DNA of 64,000 bases from an uncultured Pseudomonadales bacterium. Lineage in GTDB: Bacteria; Patescibacteriota; Microgenomatia; UBA1400; MFAQ01. The stretch is taken from NCBI GenBank assembly GCA_964586045.1, contig CAZPFY010000001.1, positions 154-64,153 on the forward strand, written 5' to 3'. Numbering within the stretch: position 1 is the first letter of the stretch; every line of letters begins with the position of its first letter. This document shows positions 31,001-39,199 of the stretch, piece by piece. Both the position numbers and the translations under genes were made by a program. The notes beneath the pieces were generated by a model. That model made no database searches and was not told the DNA's origin. It saw only the letters and a program-made list of their open reading frames with translations.

Positions 31001-31891
31001 GGCTGAGCTGGGTTTGGCTTGTTTGATGATTTGGTTGTAGCCCAAAATGCCCATGGTGGTGGTAGCGATTACAAGCAAGGCGAGATGGAAGTAGGGAGTA
31101 AAAGGAAGGGCATTGTACTTGTGGTAAAAAACTGCCAAACGGCTTTTGGAGGGATTCTGAGGGTTTTTGGGTTTGGGAATAAGGCGATTGAGCCAGGCTA
31201 AGGGAGTAATTTTGGCTTCGGTTACGGTAATTTCAAAAGGATCCTTGGGAATTAGACTGCGGTTAAAACAAAAGTGAGTAAGCTTTTTAATAGATGATTG
31301 TCGTCTGCTGATAACAGAAGAGCTGGCGCGGGTTAGTTTTAGATAAGCAATGTAACTAGCTAATTGTTCGGTACTTAAAACTTGTTCGAGGTGGCTAGCG
31401 TTAAAAGGAGTTTGATTGGCAATCCAAGAAAAATAGTGATAAAGATCTGAAAGATAGTTTTTGACGGTAGAATGAGTTTTCTTTTCGTTTATTAATTGTT
31501 GTTTGAATTGTTCAAGAATTTTTTTGCTTGAAAGGTCCTTATTGTTGTTTGCATTGTTTGATGTATTTGGAGTTGGTTCGGATAAAGTTTCTATTTTGGT
31601 GATTTGATACTTGATGTTTAAGAAATTGGATAGTCTTCTGATGGAAGCAAGTCTGCGATTGGTGGTTGCGGGTGGTGTGAGAGTAGAGGATTGTTCCTGA
31701 CTGTATTTGCTGATGTATATTGATAGGTTTTGAAATACTTCGGTAAGATTAAACTGCTTTTGAGATTCCAAAAAGCGAAGAAAGTGCCTAACATCACTAA
31801 GGTAGTTTTTTATGGAAACAGCTGAAAGCCCAGACTCAATAAGAAATGAAGTGAAGAGCTTTAGGATTTCGGTATTGTTGGGCAGGTTCAT
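22046..31891 (-). CDS. Giant 3281-aa protein: two integrase N-terminal SAM-like domains, TM, fibre/adhesin-like ectodomain with a duplicated Gly-rich module, tail-fibre-like C-terminal region
   Basis: SIKNYLSDVRHFLRF...TTNRRLASIRRL and TVKNYLSDLYHYFSW...VISRRQSSIKKL; TM FHLALLVIATTTMGILGY; LSFQGRL; ADLAEWY...LAGRIPVK. Confidence 0.85.
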   Translation of the reverse strand: MNLPNNTEILKLFTSFLIESGLSAVSIKNYLSDVRHFLRFLESQKQFNLTEVFQNLSIYISKYSQEQSSTLTPPATTNRRLASIRRLSNFLNIKYQITKIETLSEPTPNTSNNANNNKDLSSKKILEQFKQQLINEKKTHSTVKNYLSDLYHYFSWIANQTPFNASHLEQVLSTEQLASYIAYLKLTRASSSVISRRQSSIKKLTHFCFNRSLIPKDPFEITVTEAKITPLAWLNRLIPKPKNPQNPSKSRLAVFYHKYNALPFTPYFHLALLVIATTTMGILGYNQIIKQAKPSSAATSLTAPRRQLSFQGRLSDSSGTPINTAVNVNFKLWNHLTAGSQLYTTGTCSVTPDSDGVFNSLIGDSVCGSEIPQSVFSDNRDVYLAVTVGAETLTPRQQIATVGYALNSETLQGYPASASATINTVPVIDNSGNLNIAASSPSIVSTSGNFNLKGQSISLTTATNSGGDIVIQPDAIGSGQILAIGGTTTEDTFRTTNANLTTGSLLSGYIGNDIATGSGKLILLSSGATESAKFWVLADGRTSINTATGSAVTSALTVNQNGTGSLFSASASGITKFNISNLGAINMINGVAHSISDVAGNLSLQSAGGNVYISNTSSLQINSAANLIFGGTTTLAESTANNDSGAYLIGVFDEFSNSNSLTVQGVLKDLDTEITNQNIAENWLSSNGAIYPKNSTLDLLVGGQSTLSANFSFLNNNLGTPVASIAGTTYLTGNGTLGTTRRQTLTLGNSSTYNTTGNILLNPNGTGNIGIGTTTPTSKLDVAGDASTSGSLTFRGASPTINVLNGADLSFATSQGGDAGLLTFLKILNSGDLVPGANDETTLGISGTAWKNLFLSQGINNHLGVEQISIANRQLTGTAGTQWNVTSNLRVGDSTNSMPSNMEFYVNGDAKISSTLTIDGTANPALTIGNGTTGTALIGSSTISDAGTTYLSFNTNSTGGDEFRINDSGTITLQSLTAIPTGVAGSIYYNSATISGNLNNVHTIGNTGSLFMYGQDSVWHRLAMDMTAYSTQSATLSGGYVEIAHNQNTNDLSLTGWFYDTVTSLWKKISDWTTTTNQDLAMVNTTSSSTNKLKTTNIALSSTYVYGTGSDGAIAITTDTNINTANSITGRSCADGGDAVNYSVTALTPTTATLSTTPSTGCLSAGDEVLLINLQGTSTKYLNVGNYETLRIASVSTSTITFTTAKNKTYGDDPGNDTNLGTATTNQRVMLQRVPNYTDVTLSNAGTDFTASVWTAPKGGVMFFRASGTVTVPTGTTVNTNSAGYNGGTGGISNNPSDGGESYCNANGGGGGADYDNNPVGSVGICGGGGGGGVNAATLYNANIAGSSIGGAGGGGGSAGAATGASGYGYGGGGAGGGYGTIGNGGKSGNTPTSDGVNGSGVTSGNGGTSAWTTTTGPAYAGGGGGGGTYGDTYLDKAYFGSGGSGGGAGDTGTTTYVASNGGAGGKGGGILMISAATLSVTSTGGIQSNGGAGSAAATATYPGSGGGGAGGSVKIVADTVTTSTTDLITAAGGAGDTTAVDGGTGGVGRIAVSYKNTLTANSSEPDFPTSPYLHQSGYYGIYVSKEINTTGAVNLNSFAYTETLNTYGQVEAQTRTGNTPDSTDGSWEAWKPVVTTTNIKNLNAMDATADWTATNLNAVADGTLARNVNYFEDEDITNAANKSIKLGSVGAENGYAEDTITSTDLTNFDLISAWVYATASGQIKLGIGESAATEQEEIIQIDATGTWQKVYWDISDVASASKNAITKLRITLLSPNQTVYVDSLQSEELIVASGTAPTSTPKNYFQYRFILTSSNGQATPSISNISLTYSDGASHTIDASSIRLANSTDYYSSSHLTVSETALSALSNSGITSNATGVTQAGDYDPGNGADGAGTVTSGTKVLSTDSIVGRTCADAINYSVNTLTSTTATLSTIPSTPSCLKTGDEILLINLQGTQGSIVNVGNYETLRISSLAGNVITFTTSKGKYYGDGAGDDTNLGIGVNNQKVMLQRVPNYTSVTVDSSATLSPSAYDYTTGLGGVLFFRAISAVSVAGSINATGKGYPGGTGAISTTTRSIPGHSLFYTSGVDGDGGTPLTPNNLGQNGVYSGGGGGGRHLTDGIGTGGVGTSTTGAGGGGGAGSASSNGSSYNGYGGGGGGGGYAAGGSGGTGPTIASNGDTNQSGSGTSGGSVGSGFGGGGGGGGAGNYGESSLGKLYLGSGGGGGGAGQATTGTYYSGLAGGGGGGIVIINSDTISVSGSILSKGDDSLTGTAASTQGGGGAGAGGSIKILGNTLSLGSSLVSSNGGAQIAGLSNFEGGSGGDGRVAIYYASTLTGTTSPAAAVAQTPSYNYSMYISEEMPTPNSTGYNKIKWLADLDTYGMIELQTRSGKSANSIDGTWEAWKPVVANTNKLDVIDMNTDTLWGMVDLTRADGGVARNVDYFEDEDEATVGNMTKFSSVGSPNGYSETTVTAKDLTNYDYLTAWVYATSSGNLVKFGFGESTGTEQEKTFYIQAANTWQKIYWDLTDINTTNRNAVTKLRISLPSTNTTLYVDNITADRYLTNADGSTVSSTPNEYFQYRAILTTTNPAYHPTLRSVQLDWSNGFKIVQTDMNTVRLYNKTGETIQIRLDAVVYGADLAEWYTVEDPSIEAGDLVAITGKTDPFGVPILRKTSSPNDQYLVGAISTKAGQELGITAENRRLLGLAGRIPVKIDPSSQDIKAGDSLTSSPLPGFATKAMPNDKVIGTAFEDWIPNIGKGVVLIHINNGIAPNPTTFSSRVYRLISNTNELFDETAGRFVNTVGSFAKVITGSISTNQLVSPTIETSFLTPMASTASITISPNLLSDNTQPLLIVEGQIKASTVFAKQGNFDELNTNSIVTNTITADKIYANQIEGLDAKIASLSSSFNNEEITILTNQISLKLNQNHATSSSSIASEIINNLKLGSNIVMNLLIDNLTVQQKLITPIADIDQLKVNIATVSGTLYANNIKSETIDKLKAQLDVLNEKYSTASSIFASIQEKYSQYDSLFSALDSETNPTNDPLQLSSLATESASLPTDMAFKNLNIEVLTTNDILANGSIFSQSISSFGTDLFIQPSGDKPVHLLANLMTLYPNGQIVVDGDLIVTGNIFANNLDTRTATVSGTLAVGKGELATDSAKILALFNQDGNVVGSVDASGSANFDKLTTYGLVIASGNNLDSTISGQTSSNSTIGTASIATGSSEIFINSSKINDDTLVYITPISDTNNQVLFVKSKQSHVGFTIAIPQPIEDEISFNFWLVQTK

Positions 31892-31906
31892 GAACAGACT
31901 ACGCTT

Positions 31907-32041
31907 TTAAGAGGCTATTAAAATTAAAAATAAAATAGGAATGACAAAAATTGTTCCTGCGGTAATTAATTCGAGATAGAGAGCCTTGTTGGAAGTACTA
32001 CTGCTTAAAAAGTCTTGTTGGGAGTAGTCGTTTATTAACAT
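31907..32041 (-). CDS. 44-aa membrane peptide, below the ORF-track cutoff
   Basis: MLINDYSQQDFLSSSTSNKALYLELITAGTIFVIPILFLILIAS; stop lies 15 nt before the giant gene start. Confidence 0.55.
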   Translation of the reverse strand: MLINDYSQQDFLSSSTSNKALYLELITAGTIFVIPILFLILIAS

Positions 32042-32471
32042 GATTTTTTGATTGTTGATAACTTGTCTTTAGGTTCAGATTAGACGATATTAGACGGTTA
32101 TATATTAACTATAAAATAGATTATTTCTGATGTCAATGGCTAGACCAAATATTGTTCTTTAGTTGATTGTTAAGTTTGTGCGTAAATTATTTTTAAAAGG
32201 AGAGGTAAGAGGAATTTGTTTATTTTATCGACGCATTAGATTGCGTTAATAAATATTTTCATGCGTTTAATGAAGCTAAAATAGACTAAATATACGCGGA
32301 AATACTGTTTATGCTTATGACTGCTGTGAAAATATTCAATGATATCTTTTGATTCGTATAGATATCAATTGATAGACAATGATTTCCTTAGGCATTACAG
32401 CTTACAAAATACACTCTGATTTTTTTGGATATTGACTGGTCCTTGTTGGTTCGGGAAGATTAATCTTTTGC

Positions 32472-34145
32472 TTAGGATTTGCTACCTAGTTTAGGGTAAA
32501 TGTATTCGGAAAAGGTGTATTGAAGCGAGAGGTAGAAGTAGACAAGGAGATAGCTGTTTGGAAAGAAGTATAGGCCAATAGAGGAACTGACTATCGCAGT
32601 AATGAGAGGAATTAGTTTGATGGAGTAGAAGTAACCTTGAAGCTCTTCTTTTGCCCCTAAAAACCTTTTGGGAGATGGTGATAGACAGACATCATTTAAG
32701 ATATTGCTGGGTAGAATTTGATTTTTCCAGGTATATCCTGTTTTCTTTAAAGTGATAAAAGATTTGTTTGGTAGACGGGAAGGAAAGAAAATATTTCCCT
32801 TAATGTCACTTACAGTGCGATATACTTTTTTATTTAATTTGTCTGGGTTATACAGTTCGATAAAAGTAAATGGTGTTGTTGAGACGCTTTTTCTTTTTAA
32901 GAAAGGAAACCCGAGCGTAAAGATAAAGCTAAGAAAATTACTCAAGTTTGCGTTAACTGCGATGCTTGTAATAACGAGATGTATAGGTAGGCCGAGACAG
33001 AGGAAGAAGAGAAGGATGTAAATACCACCATTGAGACCTTTCTTTTGAGAAATTATTTTTTGTGGTGGTAGGGAAGGGGCTGGTGGGGTTTTGGCTAGAT
33101 AAGGAGTGGGGGTTATGAGAGTAGAGAGCTCTGAGGGTGGTTTAAGGGTTTCGGTTACGGGCAATAACTCTCCTGAGTCCGTAGCAGTGTTTTCAAGATA
33201 TGGATTGTAGCCCTCTGGGAGTGTTTCTGGTTCTACGAGAATATAATCACTCTGTGATTCTTGGGCGGGTGCTTCGGGAATATATGTTGGAGTAATGGTC
33301 AGTAAACTTGTTGGTTCTAGAGATGGTCCTGGTTCACCTGGTGTTGAGGTGTACAGCAGGTAAAATGGGGGGAATATTGTGGAGTTGCTTGTGGCATCAG
33401 TTGCCGAGAGTTGAATGGTGTATGTAACCCCTGGAATTAGGTTCATAAACTGCTTTTCCCAGTTTCCGTCTGTGGAGTTTGTAATCCATGATTGAGTAAC
33501 GCATTCCGAAGGAGCATTTGTGGGACAAATAAGACTTACCTGAAGATTGGAGTTAGCTTCTACTTTGCCACCAATTAAAGCATTTTCGGTATCAACAAAG
33601 AGATATCTGTTTGGTTCATCTGGTATTGTGGTGGGATTGGTAGTGTCCCAGTTGTATTCAGTTTGGTTGACCTTAGTAAGAGAGATAAAGGGGGAAATGG
33701 TGTCGATATAAAAGTTCCAATTCCCTGTGGTTGCGTTTTGTCCGACGTTGTCGTATACAGCAACTTTCCAGGTATGATAACCCTCCGATGGACTTTGCTT
33801 TAGGGTTACGTAGAAGTAATTTCCTGATGAACTAGCGGTATAAAAATAATAGTCTTGAAAAACAATAGAGTCGGATATTGAGGCCGCAAAAACTACGTTG
33901 TCTATATATAAATCATAGTGGTGTAAATTTAGAGGGTTGGGGGTTGGTCTGAGCCAGATGAATTTAATTAGGCCACTGTTTGTAGCGAAGTTGTTTGGTG
34001 GGGCTACAAGGCTGGGGGGGTAGAAATTGGTGGAGGCGACGCTGGCAGAGACCTTAGAATTGCTACTTGTAGGGTTGGCGGCGTTGGCAAAGTTAACCTT
34101 TAGAAAAATTATGACTAATAGGGCGGCGATAATTTTTCGACCCAT
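32472..34145 (-). CDS. Surface protein with Ig/FN3-like domains, Pro/Thr linker and C-terminal TMs
   Basis: Signal peptide; EGYHTWKVAVYD and YTIQLSATD motifs. Confidence 0.75.
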   Translation of the reverse strand: MGRKIIAALLVIIFLKVNFANAANPTSSNSKVSASVASTNFYPPSLVAPPNNFATNSGLIKFIWLRPTPNPLNLHHYDLYIDNVVFAASISDSIVFQDYYFYTASSSGNYFYVTLKQSPSEGYHTWKVAVYDNVGQNATTGNWNFYIDTISPFISLTKVNQTEYNWDTTNPTTIPDEPNRYLFVDTENALIGGKVEANSNLQVSLICPTNAPSECVTQSWITNSTDGNWEKQFMNLIPGVTYTIQLSATDATSNSTIFPPFYLLYTSTPGEPGPSLEPTSLLTITPTYIPEAPAQESQSDYILVEPETLPEGYNPYLENTATDSGELLPVTETLKPPSELSTLITPTPYLAKTPPAPSLPPQKIISQKKGLNGGIYILLFFLCLGLPIHLVITSIAVNANLSNFLSFIFTLGFPFLKRKSVSTTPFTFIELYNPDKLNKKVYRTVSDIKGNIFFPSRLPNKSFITLKKTGYTWKNQILPSNILNDVCLSPSPKRFLGAKEELQGYFYSIKLIPLITAIVSSSIGLYFFPNSYLLVYFYLSLQYTFSEYIYPKLGSKS

Positions 34146-34150
34146 GAGTG

Positions 34151-35110
34151 TTATTTCCTTTCCAAGATATGGATTTCCTTTTGAAGTTCTCGAACTTCTT
34201 TTTCGAGTTCGTCTTGGTGCCTTTTGCTGCGTTTGTTAAGCAAGATGATGACTGTTAGAGCTGAGATTAGGGCTACAAGTGAGTAAATGACTAGACGGAT
34301 TGGAAAAAGCCAAAAGAAAATTGTTGCGCTCAAGACACTGTCTTGACTGCCGTAGATAAGATTGAGTTCTGCTTTGTATTTTCCATAACCCCATTTTTGA
34401 TTCCAGGCGGCGGAAATGAGCTTGGTATTGTCCGGGAAAATGTTTCCGAGGTCCAAAGGAATTCTGGATACTTCTTTGTTAAATAAATCGGTAATGGTTA
34501 TTGATCCTTTTGGTTGAATATGAATATCAGAAGTATTTTCGATGGTTCCTGTAAACTCGATTGGTCCTTTTTCGGTGAATTTTGGAGAAGTAAAAGAGGT
34601 GATTGTTGCTTTTTCGTTTATTTTTCCTTTTATGGTGAGATAAATTAGACTACCAACTCGTTGACCGATGATGGTAGCTGTTTTTTTTAGTTCCCCTGGT
34701 TTTATTTCGGCGTTGGGCATGTAAGTTACCATGGCATAATGACCACCTGGCAATGCAGAGTGTGGTACTCGAATAATGATTTCGATGTTTTGAGTGGCTT
34801 TTGAGTCGACAGGAATGAGCTTGGGAGCACTGATCCATTTGCGAAGCGACCATTTACTGGTGATGTTTTCGGAAATTGGAATTGGGGTGCCACTAAGATC
34901 ATCTACGATAAAATCATTTACAAAAACAGTATAGTTTTGTGAGATTTCGGAGTCGTTTCTGACTTTTAGGGTAGCTCTTATAGTTTCGCCCGGCTTGGCT
35001 TCGATTTGAAGTCGGGGTGGAATGGCGGTGATGGTTGATTCGGCAAAAGTTGGAGTGGAAAATAAAAATAAAAAGAGAGAAAAAATTAAGATGAGATTTA
35101 TTTTTTTCAT
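34151..35110 (-). CDS. DUF916/DUF3324-like (WxL-interacting CscA-like) protein
   Basis: PPRLQIEAKPGE, ALPGGHYAMV, ENTSDIHIQPKG and GKYKAEL motifs; C-terminal TM. Confidence 0.7.
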   Translation of the reverse strand: MKKINLILIFSLFLFLFSTPTFAESTITAIPPRLQIEAKPGETIRATLKVRNDSEISQNYTVFVNDFIVDDLSGTPIPISENITSKWSLRKWISAPKLIPVDSKATQNIEIIIRVPHSALPGGHYAMVTYMPNAEIKPGELKKTATIIGQRVGSLIYLTIKGKINEKATITSFTSPKFTEKGPIEFTGTIENTSDIHIQPKGSITITDLFNKEVSRIPLDLGNIFPDNTKLISAAWNQKWGYGKYKAELNLIYGSQDSVLSATIFFWLFPIRLVIYSLVALISALTVIILLNKRSKRHQDELEKEVRELQKEIHILERK

Positions 35111-36538
35111 TTAGAAAGAGGCTGTGGCAGTATAAGTAATTTGGTTTTCGTAGTCTCCAGCGGCTTGAGTAGCGTCGACGGTAACACGGTAACAAACGTT
35201 GGCGGTGTTGCTATTGGCTACTGTGGTGTTTGACATAATGGTGGCAACTAGAGGAGCATCTGGATCTGCGACGGAGGGGAATTTGCGTGCGTTGAAAGCT
35301 GCACCAGAAGAGGTAAAGGGAACCGTAGCTCCAGAAACGGATTTGAGGGTGTAGCCAAAGCCAGGATGGGCAGTAGCGGTGTCCCAAGTGTCGGAAACTG
35401 TTTCGCTGGCTGTTCCAGCGTCTCCTGTAGTGTCGGGAATAAATGGAGTGGTACCGCCATTTTTACCAAGTTGATCGTTTTCTTGGGCGGTTACAATGTA
35501 GCCGTTAGAGGCGTTGGTGGAAACAGTGAGGAGGTGGGCTGCATCCTTGAAGGTATTTAAAGCTAAGGTGCCAAAAGGGACGGCCAGGGGAGCATTTGTG
35601 CCAGTTGTAGTGTCGACGTCTGTTTGGTTTGTAACGCCTGTGCCACACGGGTTGGCACCTGAAGCTACTCCTGCAATAGTAAAGGTGATAGTTGGATCGA
35701 CTGTAGCGGTGACTCTGACTGATTCGATAACAGCGACTTTGCCACTACTGCTGTCAATTTCGGTATCAACATCGTCGTAGTTTTTTACTTGAAAAGTATA
35801 AGTATCAGCTGTTGCTTGAGTGTGTCCAGTGGCAGGAGCTGGGGCTATTGGGGTGTTGGCTCCACTGCCAATAGTGATAGTGATAGGGGTGGAGACGCCA
35901 CCAGCGCCAGAATAATGGACTTCAAAACAGTGGTAGTTGGCTGGGGAAGTACAACCTGTCCCACCTGATGTGGTTGCAACGCCAGCAACAAAGGTGTATC
36001 CGGTTGTATCGGTGCCTGATACGGTAACCGTTCCGCCACCAAAATCAAAACCGTCGTCGTCTGGGCTTCCGTCGTTTGGGGTCGTAGCGTCAGCGGGTAA
36101 AAGAACGCGAAAATAACCATTGGCGACCGCCGAGGCGGTGTTGAAAGTTACGACATGTTGAGGTTTTGATTTTAAATATACCGGGTCGTTATCGTCTGTA
36201 TCTCCGGCGGCTAAAACTGGAGAAACGGAAAATTCACTGGAGTTTAATATACCGACAACAGTGTAGGAGCCTGTGCCGATGGTAAGGCTGTCGCCGATTC
36301 GAAGATTGGCGGTTGAAATGGTATTTGCCGGGGCAGAAGCAACGGTTTTGATCATAACGTTCGAGCTTCCGGTAAAAGTACCTGAAGAATCGACGCGGGC
36401 ATTAATGGAAATTCTGGAGGATTGAAGGGTATCTTTGACGACGGTAAGGTTGGATGAGTCTGTTTCGATAGGGTTTGATACAAAAAAGATTATTGAAAGA
36501 CCAAGGAAAAATGGCAAAAACTTCTTTTTTGTGGACAC
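35111..36538 (-). CDS. Large secreted protein with a C-terminal WxL-like domain
   Basis: VTATVDPTITFTI, TVSTNASNGY and QAAGDYENQITYTATASF-COOH. Confidence 0.7.
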   Translation of the reverse strand: MSTKKKFLPFFLGLSIIFFVSNPIETDSSNLTVVKDTLQSSRISINARVDSSGTFTGSSNVMIKTVASAPANTISTANLRIGDSLTIGTGSYTVVGILNSSEFSVSPVLAAGDTDDNDPVYLKSKPQHVVTFNTASAVANGYFRVLLPADATTPNDGSPDDDGFDFGGGTVTVSGTDTTGYTFVAGVATTSGGTGCTSPANYHCFEVHYSGAGGVSTPITITIGSGANTPIAPAPATGHTQATADTYTFQVKNYDDVDTEIDSSSGKVAVIESVRVTATVDPTITFTIAGVASGANPCGTGVTNQTDVDTTTGTNAPLAVPFGTLALNTFKDAAHLLTVSTNASNGYIVTAQENDQLGKNGGTTPFIPDTTGDAGTASETVSDTWDTATAHPGFGYTLKSVSGATVPFTSSGAAFNARKFPSVADPDAPLVATIMSNTTVANSNTANVCYRVTVDATQAAGDYENQITYTATASF

Positions 36539-36566
36539 TATATATTTAGATTACTACACTATCGCT

Positions 36567-37559
36567 TTAATTATCAACTACCTGATTTTTGTTTGTAACT
36601 TTAGATATAATTTTCAGTAGGACGAAAGATATAAAAATGGTGGCACCAGATTTGAATGGGAAGAAAAAGATATCAATAGAATTGCTGGTATTTGTGTTTT
36701 CTGATTTGACGTTAAAGCTAAGTGTATGCAAGCCAACTATTCTTAGCGTTGGAGAAAAGAAAAAGGGTTTTTCGTTGGAAGAGATAAGTGTTCGAGAAGA
36801 CTTGGAAATGACATATTGAGGAAGTATACCTTGAAGAAAAAGAACCTCGGAGTTTTTTTTGTTAGTTAATTTAAAGGTACCTTTGGTTTCGGTTAGGGAT
36901 GGTCCCTCGTTGGTAGCGATTGCGGTTACAGTAATGGGGGTAAGGTTGTCAGCATAATAGCGACGACCAATTTTGACAAAACTACCCGAAGTGATGGTTA
37001 TTTTTTCAATTTTTAAAATGGTGTTGGGATTTATTTCTGGAGTTATAGAAATAAGAAGATTGGCGCCAATTGAGGAACCAATACTAATATTTTTTTGATC
37101 TCCGCTTATTGAGTTATCGTAGGTTGAGAATAGTAAGGTGGTGTAAAGATCTTCGGCATTAGCGGTTTCGGGTACAGAAAGGCTGACCACTATTTGTTGC
37201 TTATTTTTGGCTTTTAGTAAAAATGGTTCGTCAAACTTTATTTCTGAGTTGGAGAGGTTGAAGTATTTTAACCAGGAAGCACTTGCTTTGATGTCAATGG
37301 TGGGATTGCCATTGTTGTCAGCTTTGTTGAAGGGGATGACTCTAACAACAAGATATTTGTCAGTGTTTTCGATGTTTTCAATAGTAAAACTTTTGGTAAT
37401 TGATTTACCAGGTTTTATTTGAACTCGAACAAGGGGTGGATCGAGAGAGAGGCCGACTGGCGAGGCTTGTGTGGGAGTAGCAACTGCGAATAAACAAAAT
37501 ATTATTACGATGCCTGACTTGACTAGTAATTTAGCAAATAAAATATTTTTCGTCTTCAT
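36567..37559 (-). CDS. Second DUF916-like protein
   Basis: LSLDPPLVRVQIKPGKS; paralogous to 34151-35110; C-terminal TM. Confidence 0.65.
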   Translation of the reverse strand: MKTKNILFAKLLVKSGIVIIFCLFAVATPTQASPVGLSLDPPLVRVQIKPGKSITKSFTIENIENTDKYLVVRVIPFNKADNNGNPTIDIKASASWLKYFNLSNSEIKFDEPFLLKAKNKQQIVVSLSVPETANAEDLYTTLLFSTYDNSISGDQKNISIGSSIGANLLISITPEINPNTILKIEKITITSGSFVKIGRRYYADNLTPITVTAIATNEGPSLTETKGTFKLTNKKNSEVLFLQGILPQYVISKSSRTLISSNEKPFFFSPTLRIVGLHTLSFNVKSENTNTSNSIDIFFFPFKSGATIFISFVLLKIISKVTNKNQVVDN

Positions 37560-37560
37560 A

Positions 37561-38430
37561 TTAAAAGGCTGGGATGGCTAAATACTGAATTCCGTTTTGG
37601 TAAGTTCCTGCTGTTTGCGATCCGGAAATGTTTAGTTTGTAAGTGACAATAGCACTGGAGTCTGTGGCTGTGGCTGAAGCTCTGGTCATTACTGTACTGG
37701 GTTGGTCAGTTCCTTGAATGGGGAAGGGGCGGAAATAAGTTGTGTTGACAAAATCTGTATCTGCGTTGGTGCCGGTTGCATTATAGCCAAAGCCGTAACG
37801 AGTATCGTCTGTCCAGGGCGTAGCGTCGGTGATAGTGCAAGGGGTGGCAAGATTGCAGCTGGTGTCGGGAATTGTAGTTGAGCCGTTGGTTAGTCTTAGG
37901 GGGTGATCTTGAATTACTTTGACGTTGAAACCGTATGAGCTGCCGGTGGATACAGTAAGAACATTTGTAAGGGTGCTTGGGGTCCCGGGGACTAAAGTGC
38001 CGTAGCTCAGGTCAATGTCAGAGATGGTAAAGGTGAAGGGAATGGAGTTGGCGAGATATTGAAAGCCGGCTTTTATGGTATAGCCACTTGAGTTAAATTC
38101 GCCTTGAGCTGTTTGCCCCACAGTGTCATTTAGTTTGTACGACGTGGAACTTTTTGATCCTCCCGTAATATTAATAGTTCCCATTTTTATTTCAAAACCT
38201 GGGGAAGAGAGGTTGTCAGCGAAAGTTGATGATGGAAAAAAAACGATAAAAACAAACACTGCAATAGTAATTACTACAAGACTATTTTTATTAAAAAAAG
38301 TCTTAAATAAGGCTAAATGGTGGCTATTTGGAGTGCCATCAGCCGTGGAGTGTGTCTTTCTGATGTATTTTGATAAGCTAATCATTTTTACTTTGATATA
38401 TTTCGTGTTTGTGCCTGGTGGGGTATACAT
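37561..38430 (-). CDS. Secreted WxL-like protein; start possibly downstream
   Basis: FTFTIS, LTVSTGSSYGF, GFGY and QTAGTYQNGIQYLAIPAF-COOH; paralogous to the C-terminus of 35111-36538. Confidence 0.7.
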   Translation of the reverse strand: MYTPPGTNTKYIKVKMISLSKYIRKTHSTADGTPNSHHLALFKTFFNKNSLVVITIAVFVFIVFFPSSTFADNLSSPGFEIKMGTINITGGSKSSTSYKLNDTVGQTAQGEFNSSGYTIKAGFQYLANSIPFTFTISDIDLSYGTLVPGTPSTLTNVLTVSTGSSYGFNVKVIQDHPLRLTNGSTTIPDTSCNLATPCTITDATPWTDDTRYGFGYNATGTNADTDFVNTTYFRPFPIQGTDQPSTVMTRASATATDSSAIVTYKLNISGSQTAGTYQNGIQYLAIPAF

Positions 38431-38458
38431 AACCCGAAGAGATTAACAATTATTTTAT

Positions 38459-39199
38459 TTATATGTTTTTATTATCAGATGATTCTTTTATAGTATCTTC
38501 TAGGTCCTCGCTAGAAGAATAAAGGGTTAAAAGGTCAATTTGGATCGATTTTATTTTGTCCAAAAAGCTTTTGGGAAACTGAATGTTGTTGCGGCTGGAG
38601 TTGAGAAAAATAATTAAATCGGTAACCGAATTGATAACGGTGTTGATTGTGGGCTTGGCTTCGGTGGCGAGCCAGAGTAAACTGTCGGTTTCTTCTTTCT
38701 TGATGTTATCTTTTAACAAAGAAATTTTTCCCTCGGCCTCAAGATTTTTAATCATAATTTTGGCAAAAGATTGGGCGAGGGGGGAAATTAAAAGCAGGGA
38801 AAATAAATTGGCGAGAGTGAGGATATCAAACTCAAAATTGGTTTTTACTAAATAGATGGTAGCGGTACAGATAGCAATAGTGAAACTTTGGTAGCTTTCG
38901 TATATGAGGGCAAAAGCAAAAATCAAAAAATAGTATAAGAAAAAAAGTGGAGAAGACGCACCGCCAGTTGAAAGTATCAAGAGTTGGGTAATAGCGTTTG
39001 TTGCAAGGATGGTAAGAATGTTTGGGTCAAAATTGTGATATGTTGCAAGCAAAACTTTTTTGGAGACGGTGTAGAGGATTATAAGAGCTCCGCAAAGCTG
39101 GAGAGTGTAGTTTGAGGTTAAGATATTCTCACTCCACAGAAAGGGTAGTAGGCAGGAAGCGGCAATAAGGCTAGTGTGGAGAAGAAAACCTTGTTTCAT
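38459..39199 (-). CDS. Multi-TM protein with a cytoplasmic helical tail (truncated sensor-kinase-like)
   Basis: STGGASSPLFFLYYF membrane motif; no HATPase domain. Confidence 0.6.
   Translation of the reverse strand: MKQGFLLHTSLIAASCLLPFLWSENILTSNYTLQLCGALIILYTVSKKVLLATYHNFDPNILTILATNAITQLLILSTGGASSPLFFLYYFLIFAFALIYESYQSFTIAICTATIYLVKTNFEFDILTLANLFSLLLISPLAQSFAKIMIKNLEAEGKISLLKDNIKKEETDSLLWLATEAKPTINTVINSVTDLIIFLNSSRNNIQFPKSFLDKIKSIQIDLLTLYSSSEDLEDTIKESSDNKNI

Noticed and set aside
31230-31891. Prophage or integrative-element integrase
   Set aside because: Only core-binding-like domains are present. There is no R-H-R-Y catalytic domain, a TM follows, and no capsid, terminase or att pair is nearby.
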